Shown here piece by piece: positions 26,249 through 45,129 of a DNA stretch of 64,000 nucleotides (the stretch's first letter is position 1; each line of letters starts with the position of its first letter). The translations under genes and the position numbers were made by a program. The notes below the pieces were generated by a model. That model saw only the letters and a list, made by a program, of their open reading frames with translations. It was not told the DNA's origin and made no database searches. The DNA is from Escherichia coli (lineage in GTDB: Bacteria > Pseudomonadota > Gammaproteobacteria > Enterobacterales > Enterobacteriaceae): NCBI RefSeq assembly GCF_003334385.1, contig NZ_QOWN01000011.1. One strand, given 5' to 3'.

Positions 26249-26944
26249 ATGAAACGTGCTGTCGTTGTGTTCAGTGGAGGTCAGGATTCCACCACCTGTC
26301 TGGTGCAGGCATTACAACAATATGATGAAGTCCATTGCGTGACGTTCGATTACGGTCAGCGGCATCGCGCAGAAATCGACGTGGCACGCGAACTGGCGCT
26401 GAAACTGGGGGCACGCGCGCATAAGGTGCTGGATGTCACCCTGCTCAACGAGCTGGCGGTCAGTAGCCTGACGCGTGACAGCATTCCGGTGCCTGATTAT
26501 GAACCTGAAGCCGATGGTATCCCGAATACGTTTGTCCCAGGGCGTAATATTTTGTTCCTGACGCTGGCGGCAATATATGCGTATCAGGTAAAAGCAGAAG
26601 CCGTAATTACTGGCGTCTGCGAAACGGATTTCTCCGGCTACCCGGATTGCCGCGATGAGTTTGTGAAAGCACTAAACCATGCCGTCAGTTTGGGCATGGC
26701 GAAAGATATTCGTTTTGAAACGCCGCTGATGTGGATTGATAAAGCGGAAACCTGGGCGCTGGCAGATTATTACGGCAAACTGGATTTAGTCCGTAACGAA
26801 ACGTTGACCTGCTATAACGGCTTTAAAGGCGACGGTTGCGGTCATTGTGCGGCATGTAATTTACGCGCCAACGGTTTGAATCATTATCTGGCCGATAAAC
26901 CGACGGTGATGGCAGCGATGAAGCAGAAAACCGGGTTGAGGTAA
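26249..26944 (+). CDS. queC: 7-cyano-7-deazaguanine synthase (queuosine biosynthesis)
   Basis: 231-aa [21 protein letters not shown] (PP-loop SGGxDS) ...; matches E. coli QueC. Confidence 0.95.
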   Translation: MKRAVVVFSGGQDSTTCLVQALQQYDEVHCVTFDYGQRHRAEIDVARELALKLGARAHKVLDVTLLNELAVSSLTRDSIPVPDYEPEADGIPNTFVPGRNILFLTLAAIYAYQVKAEAVITGVCETDFSGYPDCRDEFVKALNHAVSLGMAKDIRFETPLMWIDKAETWALADYYGKLDLVRNETLTCYNGFKGDGCGHCAACNLRANGLNHYLADKPTVMAAMKQKTGLR

Positions 26945-26953
26945 TTATTCCGG

Positions 26954-26985
26954 GTGTCGCCGGATGCGGCTTGAGCATCCGGCAC
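26954..26985. repeat. REP-like palindromic unit
   Basis: gtgtcgccggatgcggcttgagcatccggcac between convergent queC and fadM. Confidence 0.7.
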
Positions 26986-26995
26986 CACAAAACGT

Positions 26996-27394
26996 TTACT
27001 TAACCATCTGCTCCAGCTTTTCGCGCAATTCCCCTTCCAGAGCTAATGCTTTCTGCGTTTTAAGATCAATACAAACAAACGTAATAAGCGCATCCGCTAC
27101 CACCTGCCCTTCCGGCTCCAGTGTAATGACCTGGCTTAAGATGCCGCTTTTACCGTTTAATTGCTGCAACTGACTGGTAATAGTTAACAGGTCACTTAAT
27201 ACCGCTGGGCGACGATAGTTAATATTGATATTGACCACGACGAAGGCGATGTTATGGGCCGTCATCCACTGAAAACTGTCGCTATTTTCCAACCCATCCC
27301 AGCGGGCTTCTTCGAGAAATTCAAGGTAGCGGGCGTTGTTGACGTGCTGGTAAACGTCGAGATGATATCCACGAACTTTGATTTGTGTTTGCAT
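26996..27394 (-). CDS. fadM: long-chain acyl-CoA thioesterase III FadM (YbaW)
   Basis: 132-aa ORF MQTQIKVRGYHLDVYQHVNNARYLEFLEEARW...; hot-dog fold thioesterase; matches E. coli FadM. Confidence 0.93.
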   Translation of the reverse strand: MQTQIKVRGYHLDVYQHVNNARYLEFLEEARWDGLENSDSFQWMTAHNIAFVVVNININYRRPAVLSDLLTITSQLQQLNGKSGILSQVITLEPEGQVVADALITFVCIDLKTQKALALEGELREKLEQMVK

Positions 27395-27435
27395 AGCGCA
27401 ATAACCTTACGTTGTTGTTATAAGTACAGAGGTCA

Positions 27436-29881
<2,446 letters not shown>

Positions 29882-30072
29882 GGTGTAACAACACTCCGCT
29901 GTAGATGACTGTGTACCTCACGCAACGTATCGATGCGCGCAAAGGCCTATTGTGACAAGAAACGGGGGCAATTGTCAGCCCACAAGACGCAGAAAGTCAC
30001 CGAATACAAATAAAAAAGGCACATCAGTAGATGCGCCCTTGAACTTCGTCACATCCCCACTGGGGACAACGC

Positions 30073-30345
30073 TTAGTTTACCGCGTCTTTCAGTGCTTTA
30101 CCTGCACGGAAGCTCGGTACTTTAGCAGCAGCGATGGTGATCTCTTTACCGGTCTGCGGGTTGCGGCCAGTACGGGCAGCACGCTCTTTAACGGCAAAAG
30201 TACCAAAACCTACCAGTGCTACATCATCCCCTTCTTTCAGAGATTCAGTTACGGAAGCAATAATAGCATCTAACGCACGGCCAGCCGCAGCTTTAGAGAT
30301 ATCAGCCCCTGCAGCAATCTTGTCGATCAATTGAGATTTATTCAC
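30073..30345 (-). CDS. hupB: nucleoid protein HU-beta
   Basis: 90-aa [93 protein letters not shown]. Confidence 0.97.
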
Positions 30346-30484
30346 TCTTCTCTTCCTCTTTATAATTTATATCGCACTTGAATCCTTCAAGGTACGAACG
30401 CGCAGCAGTTATATCAGGCCAGCCATCCCCTTACAACACCCCTTAATAAGGGCAAGCCCGATCCGCCATCTAACTTAGCGAGAC

Positions 30485-30529
30485 AAAAAAAGGCTGGCAA
30501 GCCCGAATTAGCCTGCCAGCCCTGTTTTT
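30485..30529 (-). terminator. intrinsic terminator after lon (bidirectional architecture)
   Basis: Perfect 8-bp stem ggctggca / tgccagcc flanked by A7 and T5, 25 nt after the lon stop. Confidence 0.7.
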
Positions 30530-30553
30530 ATTAGTGCATTTTGCGCGAGGTCA

Positions 30554-32908
30554 CTATTTTGCAGTCACAACCTGCATACCAGACGGTTCATTTTGCAGCG
30601 CCAGAGTCAGAACTTCCTCAATGCGCTTCACAGGATGAATGTCCAGATCGGCAATTACGTTGTCAGGAATCTCTTCCAGATCGCGTTTATTTTCGAACGG
30701 AATTAGCACTGTTTTAATCCCGCCGCGATGCGCTGCCAGGAGTTTTTCTTTCAAACCACCGATCGGCAGTACCTGACCACGCAGAGTGATCTCACCGGTC
30801 ATTGCCACATCGGCACGAACCGGGTTACCGGTCAGGCAAGAAACCAGCGCGGTGCACATAGCAATACCGGCACTCGGACCATCTTTCGGCGTCGCACCTT
30901 CCGGTACGTGGACGTGGATGTCACGTTTTTCGTAAAAATCAGGGTTGATCCCCAGTTTTTCCGCACGCGCACGAACCACCGTTAACGCCGCCTGAATGGA
31001 CTCCTGCATCACTTCGCCGAGCGAACCGGTATAGGTCAGTTTGCCTTTACCCGGAACACATGCGGTTTCAATGGTCAGCAAGTCACCGCCCACTTCCGTC
31101 CACGCCAGACCGGTTACCTGACCGACACGGTTTTCGTTATCCGCGCGACCATAGTCGAAACGCTGAACACCGAGATAGTCATGCAGGTTATCGCCGTTAA
31201 TTTCGATATGTTTTAATGACTTATCGAGCAGTAACTGCTTAACCGCTTTGCGACACAGTTTGGAGATTTCACGCTCCAGACCACGCACGCCCGCCTCACG
31301 GGTGTAGTAACGAATAATGCCGATAATGGCGCTATCGTCGACGGTCAGCTCACCTTTTTTCAGTGCATTACGTTCAATCTGCTTCGGCAGCAGGTGACGT
31401 TTGGCGATGTTCAGTTTTTCATCTTCGGTATAACCGGAGAGGCGAATCACTTCCATACGATCCAGCAGCGGTGCCGGAATGTTCATGGAGTTCGACGTCG
31501 CGACAAACATCACGTCGCTGAGATCGTAATCCACTTCCAGGTAGTGGTCGCTGAACGCTACGTTCTGCTCTGGATCCAGCACTTCAAGCAGTGCAGAGGC
31601 CGGATCGCCACGCATGTCAGAAGACATTTTGTCGATCTCATCGAGCAGGAACAGCGGGTTTTTCACGCCCACTTTCGCCATTTTCTGGATCAGTTTACCC
31701 GGCATAGAACCGATGTAAGTACGGCGGTGACCACGGATTTCCGCTTCATCACGCACGCCGCCCAGCGCCATACGGACATATTTACGCCCGGTGGCTTTGG
31801 CAATGGACTGACCAAGAGAGGTTTTACCTACCCCCGGCGGCCCTACCAGGCAGAGGATCGGTCCCTTGATTTTGTTGACACGGCTTTGAACCGCAAGATA
31901 CTCAAGGATTCGATCTTTCACGCGCTCCAGACCATAATGGTCGGTATCAAGGATTTCCTGCGCCTGACGCAGGTCTTTTTTGACCTTGCTACGCGCATTC
32001 CACGGCACCTGTACCATCCAGTCGATATAACCACGCACTACGGTCGCTTCTGCCGACATCGGAGACATCATTTTCAGCTTCTGCAACTCTGCTTCCGCTT
32101 TCTCTTTTGCCTCTTTCGGCATCTTCGCCGCGTCGATTTTGCGCTTCAGGGCTTCGTTTTCGTCCGGCGCGTCGTCCATTTCACCGAGTTCTTTCTGAAT
32201 AGCTTTCATTTGCTCGTTCAGATAGTACTCACGCTGGGATTTCTCCATCTGCTTTTTAACGCGGTTGCGAATGCGTTTCTCAACCTGCAGCAGATCGATT
32301 TCCGATTCCATCATTGCCATCAGATATTCCAGACGTTCGTTAACGTCGGACATCTCCAGAACAGACTGTTTGTCAGCCAGTTTCAGCGGCATATGTGCAG
32401 CAATGGTATCCGCCAGACGCGCCGGATCGTCGATGCTATTCAGCGACGTCAGCACTTCTGGTGGGATTTTTTTGTTCAGCTTGATGTAGCCTTCGAACTG
32501 GCTGATTGCAGTACGCACCAGCACTTCCTGTTCCCGCTCATCAATGGTCGGCGACTCCAGATACTCCGCCTTCGCAGAAAAGTGTTCGCCATTGTCAGAG
32601 AGCGCAGAAATACGCGCGCGCTGTAACCCCTCGACCAGCACTTTGACGGTGCCGTCAGGCAGTTTCAGCATCTGCAATATAGAGGCCACGGTCCCGACGG
32701 TGAAAAGATCGTTTACACCCGGCTCATCCGTTGAAGCTTCTTTCTGCGCGACCAGCATAATTTTTTTATCATGGTCCATCGCCGCTTCCAGACAACGGAT
32801 AGATTTTTCCCGCCCGACAAATAAGGGGATGACCATGTGCGGATAAACCACCACATCGCGCAGCGGCAATACGGGGATTTCAATGCGTTCAGAACGCTCA
32901 GGATTCAT
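30554..32908 (-). CDS. lon: ATP-dependent Lon protease
   Basis: 784 aa from ATG at 32906-32908 ([38 protein letters not shown]...); Walker [10 protein letters not shown]; the 799-aa track ORF has a 15-codon extension that I rejected. Confidence 0.96.
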   Translation of the reverse strand: MNPERSERIEIPVLPLRDVVVYPHMVIPLFVGREKSIRCLEAAMDHDKKIMLVAQKEASTDEPGVNDLFTVGTVASILQMLKLPDGTVKVLVEGLQRARISALSDNGEHFSAKAEYLESPTIDEREQEVLVRTAISQFEGYIKLNKKIPPEVLTSLNSIDDPARLADTIAAHMPLKLADKQSVLEMSDVNERLEYLMAMMESEIDLLQVEKRIRNRVKKQMEKSQREYYLNEQMKAIQKELGEMDDAPDENEALKRKIDAAKMPKEAKEKAEAELQKLKMMSPMSAEATVVRGYIDWMVQVPWNARSKVKKDLRQAQEILDTDHYGLERVKDRILEYLAVQSRVNKIKGPILCLVGPPGVGKTSLGQSIAKATGRKYVRMALGGVRDEAEIRGHRRTYIGSMPGKLIQKMAKVGVKNPLFLLDEIDKMSSDMRGDPASALLEVLDPEQNVAFSDHYLEVDYDLSDVMFVATSNSMNIPAPLLDRMEVIRLSGYTEDEKLNIAKRHLLPKQIERNALKKGELTVDDSAIIGIIRYYTREAGVRGLEREISKLCRKAVKQLLLDKSLKHIEINGDNLHDYLGVQRFDYGRADNENRVGQVTGLAWTEVGGDLLTIETACVPGKGKLTYTGSLGEVMQESIQAALTVVRARAEKLGINPDFYEKRDIHVHVPEGATPKDGPSAGIAMCTALVSCLTGNPVRADVAMTGEITLRGQVLPIGGLKEKLLAAHRGGIKTVLIPFENKRDLEEIPDNVIADLDIHPVKRIEEVLTLALQNEPSGMQVVTAK

Positions 32909-32990
32909 AGAGCTCTCTCTTAGTTTAATTTCCGCCAGGTAATCAGATGACACGACTGTGCTTCACGCCATCTATTAACATGTACGTCAG

Positions 32991-33018
32991 TATATGGGGA
33001 TGTTTCCCCCACATTCAA
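32991..33018 (-). promoter_or_regulatory. sigma32-type heat-shock promoter of lon
   Basis: Minus strand reads TTGAAT-13nt-CCCCATAT, matching the sigma32 consensus (CTTGAA ... CCCCATNT), about 80 nt upstream of the lon ATG. Confidence 0.65.
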
Positions 33019-33095
33019 CGCCGAGAATAGAGGAAAAATTAAAGGGGAGATAAAATCCCCCCTTTTTGGTTAACTAATTGTATGGGAATGGTTAA

Positions 33096-34370
33096 TTATT
33101 CACCAGATGCCTGTTGCGCTTCCGGCTTGCCATAAATCAGCAACGGTTTGCTTTGACCATCAATTACCGACTCGTCGATAACCACTTTTTCGACGTCTTC
33201 CATGGACGGCAGATCGTACATGGTATCGAGCAGTGCGGCTTCTACGATGGAACGCAGGCCACGGGCACCGGTTTTACGCGCCATCGCTTTCTTAGCGATA
33301 GCATCCAGCGCCTCGTCACGGAATTCCAGATCCACGCCTTCCAGATTAAACAGCGCCTGATACTGCTTGGTCAGGGCGTTTTTCGGCTCTTTGAGGATCT
33401 GAATCAGAGCTTCTTCGCTCAGTTCATTCAACGTTGCGACAACCGGCAGACGACCAATAAACTCAGGGATAAGACCAAACTTGATCAGATCTTCCGGTTC
33501 AACCTGCGCCAGCAGCTCGCCTTCGCTTGCTTTGTCGGACTTCGCTTTTACCGTCGCGCCAAAACCAATGCCGGAGCCGGTTTCTACACGGTGGGAAATC
33601 ACTTTATCCAGACCGGCAAACGCACCGCCACAAATAAACAGGATCTTAGAGGTATCAACCTGCAAGAATTCCTGCTGCGGATGTTTACGCCCACCTTGCG
33701 GTGGAACAGCAGCTACCGTACCTTCGATCAGTTTCAACAGTGCCTGCTGTACGCCTTCACCGGAAACGTCTCGGGTAATGGACGGGTTGTCTGACTTACG
33801 AGAAATCTTGTCGATTTCATCGATGTAGACAATACCACGCTGTGCTTTCTGGACATCGTAGTCGCATTTCTGCAACAGCTTCTGAATGATGTTTTCAACG
33901 TCTTCACCCACATAACCGGCTTCGGTCAGTGTAGTCGCGTCGGCCATGGTGAACGGAACATCCAGCAGGCGCGCCAGCGTTTCAGCCAGCAGCGTTTTAC
34001 CGGAACCGGTCGGACCGATCAGCAGAATGTTACTTTTGCCCAACTCGACGCCATTGCTGGTATCGCCGTTGCGCAGACGTTTGTAATGGTTGTATACCGC
34101 GACCGCCAGCACTTTTTTCGCCTGTTCCTGGCCGATAACGTAATCGTCCAGGTGGTTGCGAATTTCATGCGGCGTCGGTAGCGCACTGCGTTCACGATGC
34201 GGTGCAACTTCTTTAATCTCTTCGCGAATGATGTCGTTACATAAATCAACACATTCGTCGCAGATATACACGGATGGACCGGCAATCAGCTTGCGCACTT
34301 CATGCTGGCTTTTGCCGCAAAAAGAGCAATACAGCAATTTGCCTGAGCCATCTTTGCGTTTATCTGTCAT
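33096..34370 (-). CDS. clpX: ATP-dependent Clp protease ATP-binding subunit ClpX
   Basis: 424-aa [47 protein letters not shown] (zinc-binding domain) ...; Walker A GPTGSGKT. Confidence 0.97.
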
Positions 34371-34495
34371 GGGTCAAAACCTCTTCTTTGTTCTTTGTGC
34401 CGCACACGACGACGCAAATGCCATTCTCAGGCGCAAGCCGCTTACAGCGTTGTGCCGCCCTGGATAAGTATAGCGGCACAGTTGCGCCTCTGGCA

Positions 34496-35119
34496 TCAAT
34501 TACGATGGGTCAGAATCGAATCGACCAGACCGTATTCCACCGCTTCAGGGGCGGAAAGGAAGCGATCGCGCTCGGTATCACGTTCAATCTGTTCTAATGA
34601 TTGACCCGTATGAAGCGCCATAAGTTCATTCATGCGCCCTTTAACTTTCAGAATTTCACGGGCATGAATTTCGATATCGGTCGCCTGGCCCTGGTAGCCG
34701 CCCAACGGTTGGTGAATCATCACGCGCGAATTCGGCAGGCAAAAACGTTTACCTTTTGCCCCTGCGGTCAGCAAGAAAGCGCCCATCGAGGCCGCCTGGC
34801 CCATACAGATGGTGCTGACATCAGGCTTGATAAACTGCATGGTGTCATAGATAGACATCCCGGCAGTGATCACCCCGCCTGGGGAGTTAATGTACAGATA
34901 GATATCTTTTTCTGGGTTTTCCGCTTCCAGGAACAGCATCTGCGCCACAATCAGGTTAGCCATGTGGTCTTCAACCTGGCCAGTCAGAAAAATGACGCGT
35001 TCCTTAAGTAGACGAGAATAGATATCAAAAGAGCGCTCACCGCGTGAGGTCTGTTCAATGACCATCGGCACCAGCGCCATATGGGGTGCAAAGTTATCTC
35101 GTTCGCCGCTGTATGACAT
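34496..35119 (-). CDS. clpP: ATP-dependent Clp protease proteolytic subunit ClpP
   Basis: 207-aa [48 protein letters not shown]...; matches E. coli ClpP precursor. Confidence 0.97.
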   Translation of the reverse strand: MSYSGERDNFAPHMALVPMVIEQTSRGERSFDIYSRLLKERVIFLTGQVEDHMANLIVAQMLFLEAENPEKDIYLYINSPGGVITAGMSIYDTMQFIKPDVSTICMGQAASMGAFLLTAGAKGKRFCLPNSRVMIHQPLGGYQGQATDIEIHAREILKVKGRMNELMALHTGQSLEQIERDTERDRFLSAPEAVEYGLVDSILTHRN

Positions 35120-35364
35120 TTCCGTCTCCTGGATAAAATTGAAAAAACCTGCTGTACCGATTGTAACCTTATGGACGGATTATCAGCTAGTCCCTGTGTT
35201 ATGGGTACGGCATCACCATATTTCAAGCATAACAATCTTTTGTTGTTACGCTAACACCGAAAGAGGCTTTTCGCACGGTTCCATGCAAAATTCATGACAA
35301 AAAAAAGCCCACCACCTGGCGGTGACGGGCCTTTGTGCGAATTTAGCGCGTTATGCTGCGTAAA

Positions 35365-36672
<1,308 letters not shown>

Positions 36673-36930
36673 TCAAAAAATCACAGTGCTCGGTCAACTC
36701 TTACCCCGCAAGCACAGGTTGTTGGCTTCGCGGAACCGGGATGTTCTTATAATCAATCACATTCCCTGTTACCAGAATCATCCCGAAAGCATTCAAATAG
36801 GACGCGGCATTATAGCGGCATCACTTTTATGAGTCGAGAACGGTTATTGCGCGCTGTCGCGTATTTTTTCACAATTCCCGGGCAATTTTCGTCTGAATGC
36901 TGGGCAAAAAGCGCAAAATCCAGACAAAAC

Positions 36931-36953
36931 AAAACGGCCCGCAGGCCGTTTTT
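36931..36953 (-). terminator. intrinsic terminator after bolA
   Basis: aaaacggcc-cgca-ggccgtttt hairpin with T-runs on both sides, about 55 nt after the bolA stop. Confidence 0.65.
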
Positions 36954-37006
36954 CATAAAATCTTTAGCAACATACTGGAAAAGCGCCGACAGTTGCAAAT
37001 GCGTTT

Positions 37007-37324
37007 TTACGCGATGCTTCCTGCTCCACGACAGGGAGGAGAGGCAAAGACGGTGTCCTGCAACCCTTCCCACTCCTTAATAGTGTAAGTATGCAGAGCC
37101 AGCGCATGAACGGTAGTAGAGAGTTCCTCCGCTAAAGTACTGTAAATCATTCGATGACGATTCAGAAAACGTTCACCCGTAAAACGATCGCTGACCAGCA
37201 CAACTTTAAAATGGCTTTCAGAGCCGGCTGGGACATTGTGACGATAGCTTTCATCCACTACTTCGAGGAATACGGGTTGGAACGCCGCCCTTAATTTTTC
37301 TTCTATCCGCTCACGTATCATCAT
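37007..37324 (-). CDS. bolA: stress-induced morphogene / transcriptional regulator BolA
   Basis: 105 aa from ATG at 37322-37324 ([48 protein letters not shown]...). Confidence 0.93.
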
Positions 37325-37628
37325 GAAATATCTCCTCCGACAACGCTGAGATGTCATCCATCCCTTTAAATACTAGCCGCTTTTACCGTTTCCATTGCAG
37401 CTTAACAACAAATATTTAGGTTTCGTCCTGGTTTTTCCGTCAAGCGTATGAAGTTTACTGATTTAAAGATTGAAACACAGGCCTCGCATCAGTGTTTCTT
37501 TTACCAGGGGCGATTATTTCGTCAACATGATGAATTTACATGCCTTACCCACTTCCCCTCGCCGTTGGCAATGTTATGATGGCGGGAATTTTTACCAAAC
37601 ACGCTTAAGAGTCTCTGAGAGCCCGAAC

Positions 37629-38207
37629 ATGTTCAAAAAAATCCTCTTCCCGTTAGTTGCTCTGTTTATGCTTGCAGGATGCGCAAAACCGCCAACAACT
37701 ATTGAAGTTTCCCCGACGATTACACTGCCACAGCAGGATCCAAGCCTGATGGGCGTCACCGTAAGCATTAATGGTGCCGATCAGCGTACCGATCAGGCGC
37801 TGGCAAAAGTCACCCGCGATAATCAAATCGTTACCCTGACCGCCTCCCGCGATCTGCGTTTCCTGCTGCAAGAAGTGCTGGAAAAACAGATGACCGCGCG
37901 TGGTTACATGGTTGGTCCGAATGGCCCGGTTAATCTGCAAATCATCGTTAGCCAACTGTATGCTGACGTGTCCCAGGGCAACGTGCGCTACAACATCGCG
38001 ACCAAAGCGGATATCGCCATCATCGCTACCGCGCAGAATGGCAACAAAATGACCAAAAACTATCGTGCCAGCTACAACGTTGAAGGTGCGTTCCAGGCCT
38101 CCAACAAAAATATCGCCGATGCGGTTAACAGTGTGCTGACCGATACCATCGCTGATATGTCTCAGGACACCAGCATCCACGAATTCATCAAGCAGAACGC
38201 GCGTTAA
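37629..38207 (+). CDS. yajG: lipoprotein YajG
   Basis: 192 aa from ATG at 37629 (MFKKILFPLVALFMLAGC lipobox); the 245-aa track ORF has a 53-codon extension. Confidence 0.92.
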   Translation: MFKKILFPLVALFMLAGCAKPPTTIEVSPTITLPQQDPSLMGVTVSINGADQRTDQALAKVTRDNQIVTLTASRDLRFLLQEVLEKQMTARGYMVGPNGPVNLQIIVSQLYADVSQGNVRYNIATKADIAIIATAQNGNKMTKNYRASYNVEGAFQASNKNIADAVNSVLTDTIADMSQDTSIHEFIKQNAR

Positions 38208-38250
38208 TTTCTGCCCTCTGGCCCGGTGCAAGCCGGGCCTGTAGACGCCC

Positions 38251-39726
38251 ATGTCCAGTCAATATTTACGTATTTTTCAACAGCCGCGTTCAGCCATATT
38301 GCTGATCCTGGGTTTTGCTTCCGGGCTACCGCTCGCCCTGACATCCGGTACCTTACAGGCCTGGATGACGGTCGAGAATATTGATCTCAAAACCATTGGT
38401 TTCTTCTCTCTGGTAGGCCAGGCTTACGTTTTTAAATTCCTCTGGTCACCGCTGATGGACCGCTACACGCCTCCATTTTTTGGGCGGCGACGCGGTTGGC
38501 TGCTCGCCACGCAAATCCTGTTATTAGTCGCCATTGCGGCGATGGGTTTTCTCGAACCAGGCACCCAACTCCGCTGGATGGCGGCGCTGGCGGTGGTGAT
38601 CGCTTTTTGCTCTGCCTCCCAGGATATTGTCTTCGATGCGTGGAAAACCGATGTGCTCCCGGCAGAAGAACGTGGTGCGGGCGCGGCAATCAGCGTTCTG
38701 GGTTACCGTTTAGGGATGCTGGTTTCCGGCGGCCTAGCCCTGTGGCTGGCAGATAAATGGCTGGGCTGGCAGGGCATGTACTGGTTGATGGCGGCGCTGT
38801 TGATCCCCTGTATTATCGCGACGTTGCTTGCACCAGAACCGACCGACACCATTCCTGTGCCAAAAACGCTGGAACAAGCGGTTGTTGCACCTCTGCGAGA
38901 TTTCTTTGGTCGCAATAATGCCTGGCTTATTTTGCTTCTTATCGTGCTGTATAAGCTGGGCGACGCATTCGCCATGAGCCTGACAACCACGTTTTTGATT
39001 CGCGGCGTCGGGTTTGATGCGGGTGAAGTAGGCGTGGTTAACAAAACGCTTGGCTTACTAGCGACCATTGTTGGCGCATTGTACGGTGGGATTTTGATGC
39101 AGCGCCTGTCACTGTTCCGGGCACTGCTGATTTTCGGCATTTTACAAGGTGCGTCTAACGCCGGTTACTGGCTGCTGTCGATTACTGATAAGCATCTCTA
39201 CAGCATGGGCGCAGCCGTCTTTTTCGAAAACCTCTGTGGCGGGATGGGCACATCAGCCTTTGTCGCGCTGTTAATGACGCTATGTAATAAGTCATTTTCC
39301 GCTACTCAATTTGCCCTGCTCTCAGCGCTTTCTGCTGTAGGGCGAGTTTATGTCGGCCCCGTGGCGGGTTGGTTTGTTGAAGCACACGGCTGGTCGACAT
39401 TCTATCTATTCTCCGTCGCCGCTGCCGTACCAGGGCTTATTTTGCTGCTGGTTTGCCGCCAGACGCTTGAATATACACGAGTAAATGACAACTTTATCTC
39501 CCGTACCGCATATCCGGCAGGTTATGCCTTTGCCATGTGGACACTGGCGGCGGGCGTCAGCCTGTTGGCCGTGTGGTTACTGCTATTGACGATGGACGCG
39601 CTGGATTTGACGCACTTCTCTTTCCTGCCTGCTCTGCTGGAAGTCGGGGTTTTAGTCGCCCTTTCTGGCGTCGTGCTTGGTGGTTTGCTGGATTATCTGG
39701 CGCTACGAAAAACGCATCTGACGTAA
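38251..39726 (+). CDS. ampG: muropeptide (anhydromuropeptide) permease AmpG, MFS
   Basis: 491-aa ORF MSSQYLRIFQQPRSAILLILGFASGLPLALTSGTLQAWMTVENIDLKTIGFF...; matches E. coli AmpG. Confidence 0.95.
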   Translation: MSSQYLRIFQQPRSAILLILGFASGLPLALTSGTLQAWMTVENIDLKTIGFFSLVGQAYVFKFLWSPLMDRYTPPFFGRRRGWLLATQILLLVAIAAMGFLEPGTQLRWMAALAVVIAFCSASQDIVFDAWKTDVLPAEERGAGAAISVLGYRLGMLVSGGLALWLADKWLGWQGMYWLMAALLIPCIIATLLAPEPTDTIPVPKTLEQAVVAPLRDFFGRNNAWLILLLIVLYKLGDAFAMSLTTTFLIRGVGFDAGEVGVVNKTLGLLATIVGALYGGILMQRLSLFRALLIFGILQGASNAGYWLLSITDKHLYSMGAAVFFENLCGGMGTSAFVALLMTLCNKSFSATQFALLSALSAVGRVYVGPVAGWFVEAHGWSTFYLFSVAAAVPGLILLLVCRQTLEYTRVNDNFISRTAYPAGYAFAMWTLAAGVSLLAVWLLLLTMDALDLTHFSFLPALLEVGVLVALSGVVLGGLLDYLALRKTHLT

Positions 39727-40185
39727 TCTGTAAATATTATTTAGCTGTAGTAATCACTCGCCGTAATTATTACGGCTAAATAAACATCAGTATCGCTTAT
39801 TAATATTTGTTCTTTTGTGCGGCTTAGCGTTTGGAAATTATTGGCGCCATTTATAAATTCTATTTTTCTTACACGATTCAGCTAATGAGTCTTTATTTTC
39901 TCATCACCCAGTTGTCACTCTAATGATAATTATTTGTTAAATAATTGTTTTATTTCACATTGATTATACCAATTGCCCGCCCAGACTCCTTCAGCACTCC
40001 CCTTTTGTTATAACGCCCTTTTGCAACAGCTTCTTAAAATCAACCTGATATGTTTTGCAACATATGTGACCTGGCAGCCAAATCCAAGTAACAGGAATTT
40101 AATCATGTTTACAGTAATGTAACCTTCCCGTAAAATGCCCACACACTTTAAACGCCACCAGATCCCGTGGAATTGAGGTCGTTAA

Positions 40186-41133
<948 letters not shown>

Positions 41134-41142
41134 AGGGGTTGA

Positions 41143-44079
<2,937 letters not shown>

Positions 44080-44090
44080 GAGCGGCGGTT

Positions 44091-44981
44091 ATGATGTTTA
44101 AGCAATACCTGCAAGTAACGAAACCAGGCATCATCTTTGGCAACCTGATCTCGGTGATTGGGGGATTCCTGCTGGCCTCAAAGGGCAGCATTGATTATCC
44201 CCTGTTTATCTACACGCTGGTTGGGGTGTCACTGGTTGTGGCGTCGGGTTGTGTGTTTAACAACTACATCGACAGGGATATCGACAGAAAGATGGAAAGG
44301 ACGAAGAATCGGGTGCTGGTGAAAGGCCTGATCTCTCCTGCTGTCTCGCTGGTGTACGCCACGTTGCTGGGTATTGCTGGCTTTATGCTGCTGTGGTTTG
44401 GCGCGAATCCGCTGGCCTGCTGGCTGGGGGTGATGGGCTTTGTGGTTTATGTCGGCGTTTATAGCCTGTACATGAAACGCCACTCTGTCTACGGCACGTT
44501 GATTGGTTCGCTCTCCGGCGCTGCGCCGCCGGTGATCGGCTACTGTGCGGTAACCGGTGAGTTCGATAGCGGCGCAGCGATCCTGCTGGCTATCTTCAGC
44601 CTGTGGCAGATGCCTCACTCCTATGCCATCGCCATTTTCCGCTTTAAGGATTACCAGGCGGCAAACATTCCGGTATTGCCAGTGGTAAAAGGCATTTCGG
44701 TGGCGAAGAATCACATCACGCTGTATATCATCGCCTTTGCCGTTGCCACGCTGATGCTCTCTCTTGGCGGTTACGCTGGGTATAAATATCTGGTGGTCGC
44801 CGCGGCGGTTAGCGTCTGGTGGTTAGGTATGGCTCTGCGCGGTTATAAAGTTGCTGATGACAGAATCTGGGCGCGCAAGCTGTTCGGCTTCTCTATCATC
44901 GCCATCACTGCCCTCTCGGTGATGATGTCCGTTGATTTTATGGTACCGGACTCGCATACGCTGCTGGCTGCTGTGTGGTAA
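44091..44981 (+). CDS. cyoE: protohaem IX farnesyltransferase (haem O synthase)
   Basis: 296 aa from ATG at 44091 ([32 protein letters not shown]...). Confidence 0.94.
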
Positions 44982-44995
44982 CAAAACCTCTCTAT

Positions 44996-45022
44996 TAAAA
45001 AGGTGCTACGGCACCTTTTTTC
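44996..45022 (+). terminator. intrinsic terminator of the cyo operon
   Basis: aaaaa-aggtgc-tacg-gcacct-tttttt, 15 nt after the cyoE stop. Confidence 0.8.
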
Positions 45023-45129
45023 TTAGCATTAGAAACATATCCCTCTCGAAATATTTACTAAAAAATCCGCATGTTTACCCCATTCGTTTGCCGATTTACA
45101 CTAGTCGCGAATTTAAAACAGAGGTGGTA

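Noticed and set aside
31394-32626. 410-aa plus-strand ORF antisense to lon (with similar antisense ORFs opposite cyoB 41848-43209, thiI 48745-49854, ppiD 29096-29869, clpX 33114-33794)
   Set aside because: Each lies entirely inside a well-supported gene on the other strand and encodes low-complexity, F/V/R-rich sequence typical of codon-bias artefacts; none has a start context.
38220-38239. GC-rich hairpin ggcccgg-tgcaag-ccgggcc between yajG and ampG as a possible terminator
   Set aside because: There is no T-run after the stem and ampG starts only 12 nt downstream, so it is more likely an intra-operon stem-loop than a terminator; not listed as a feature.
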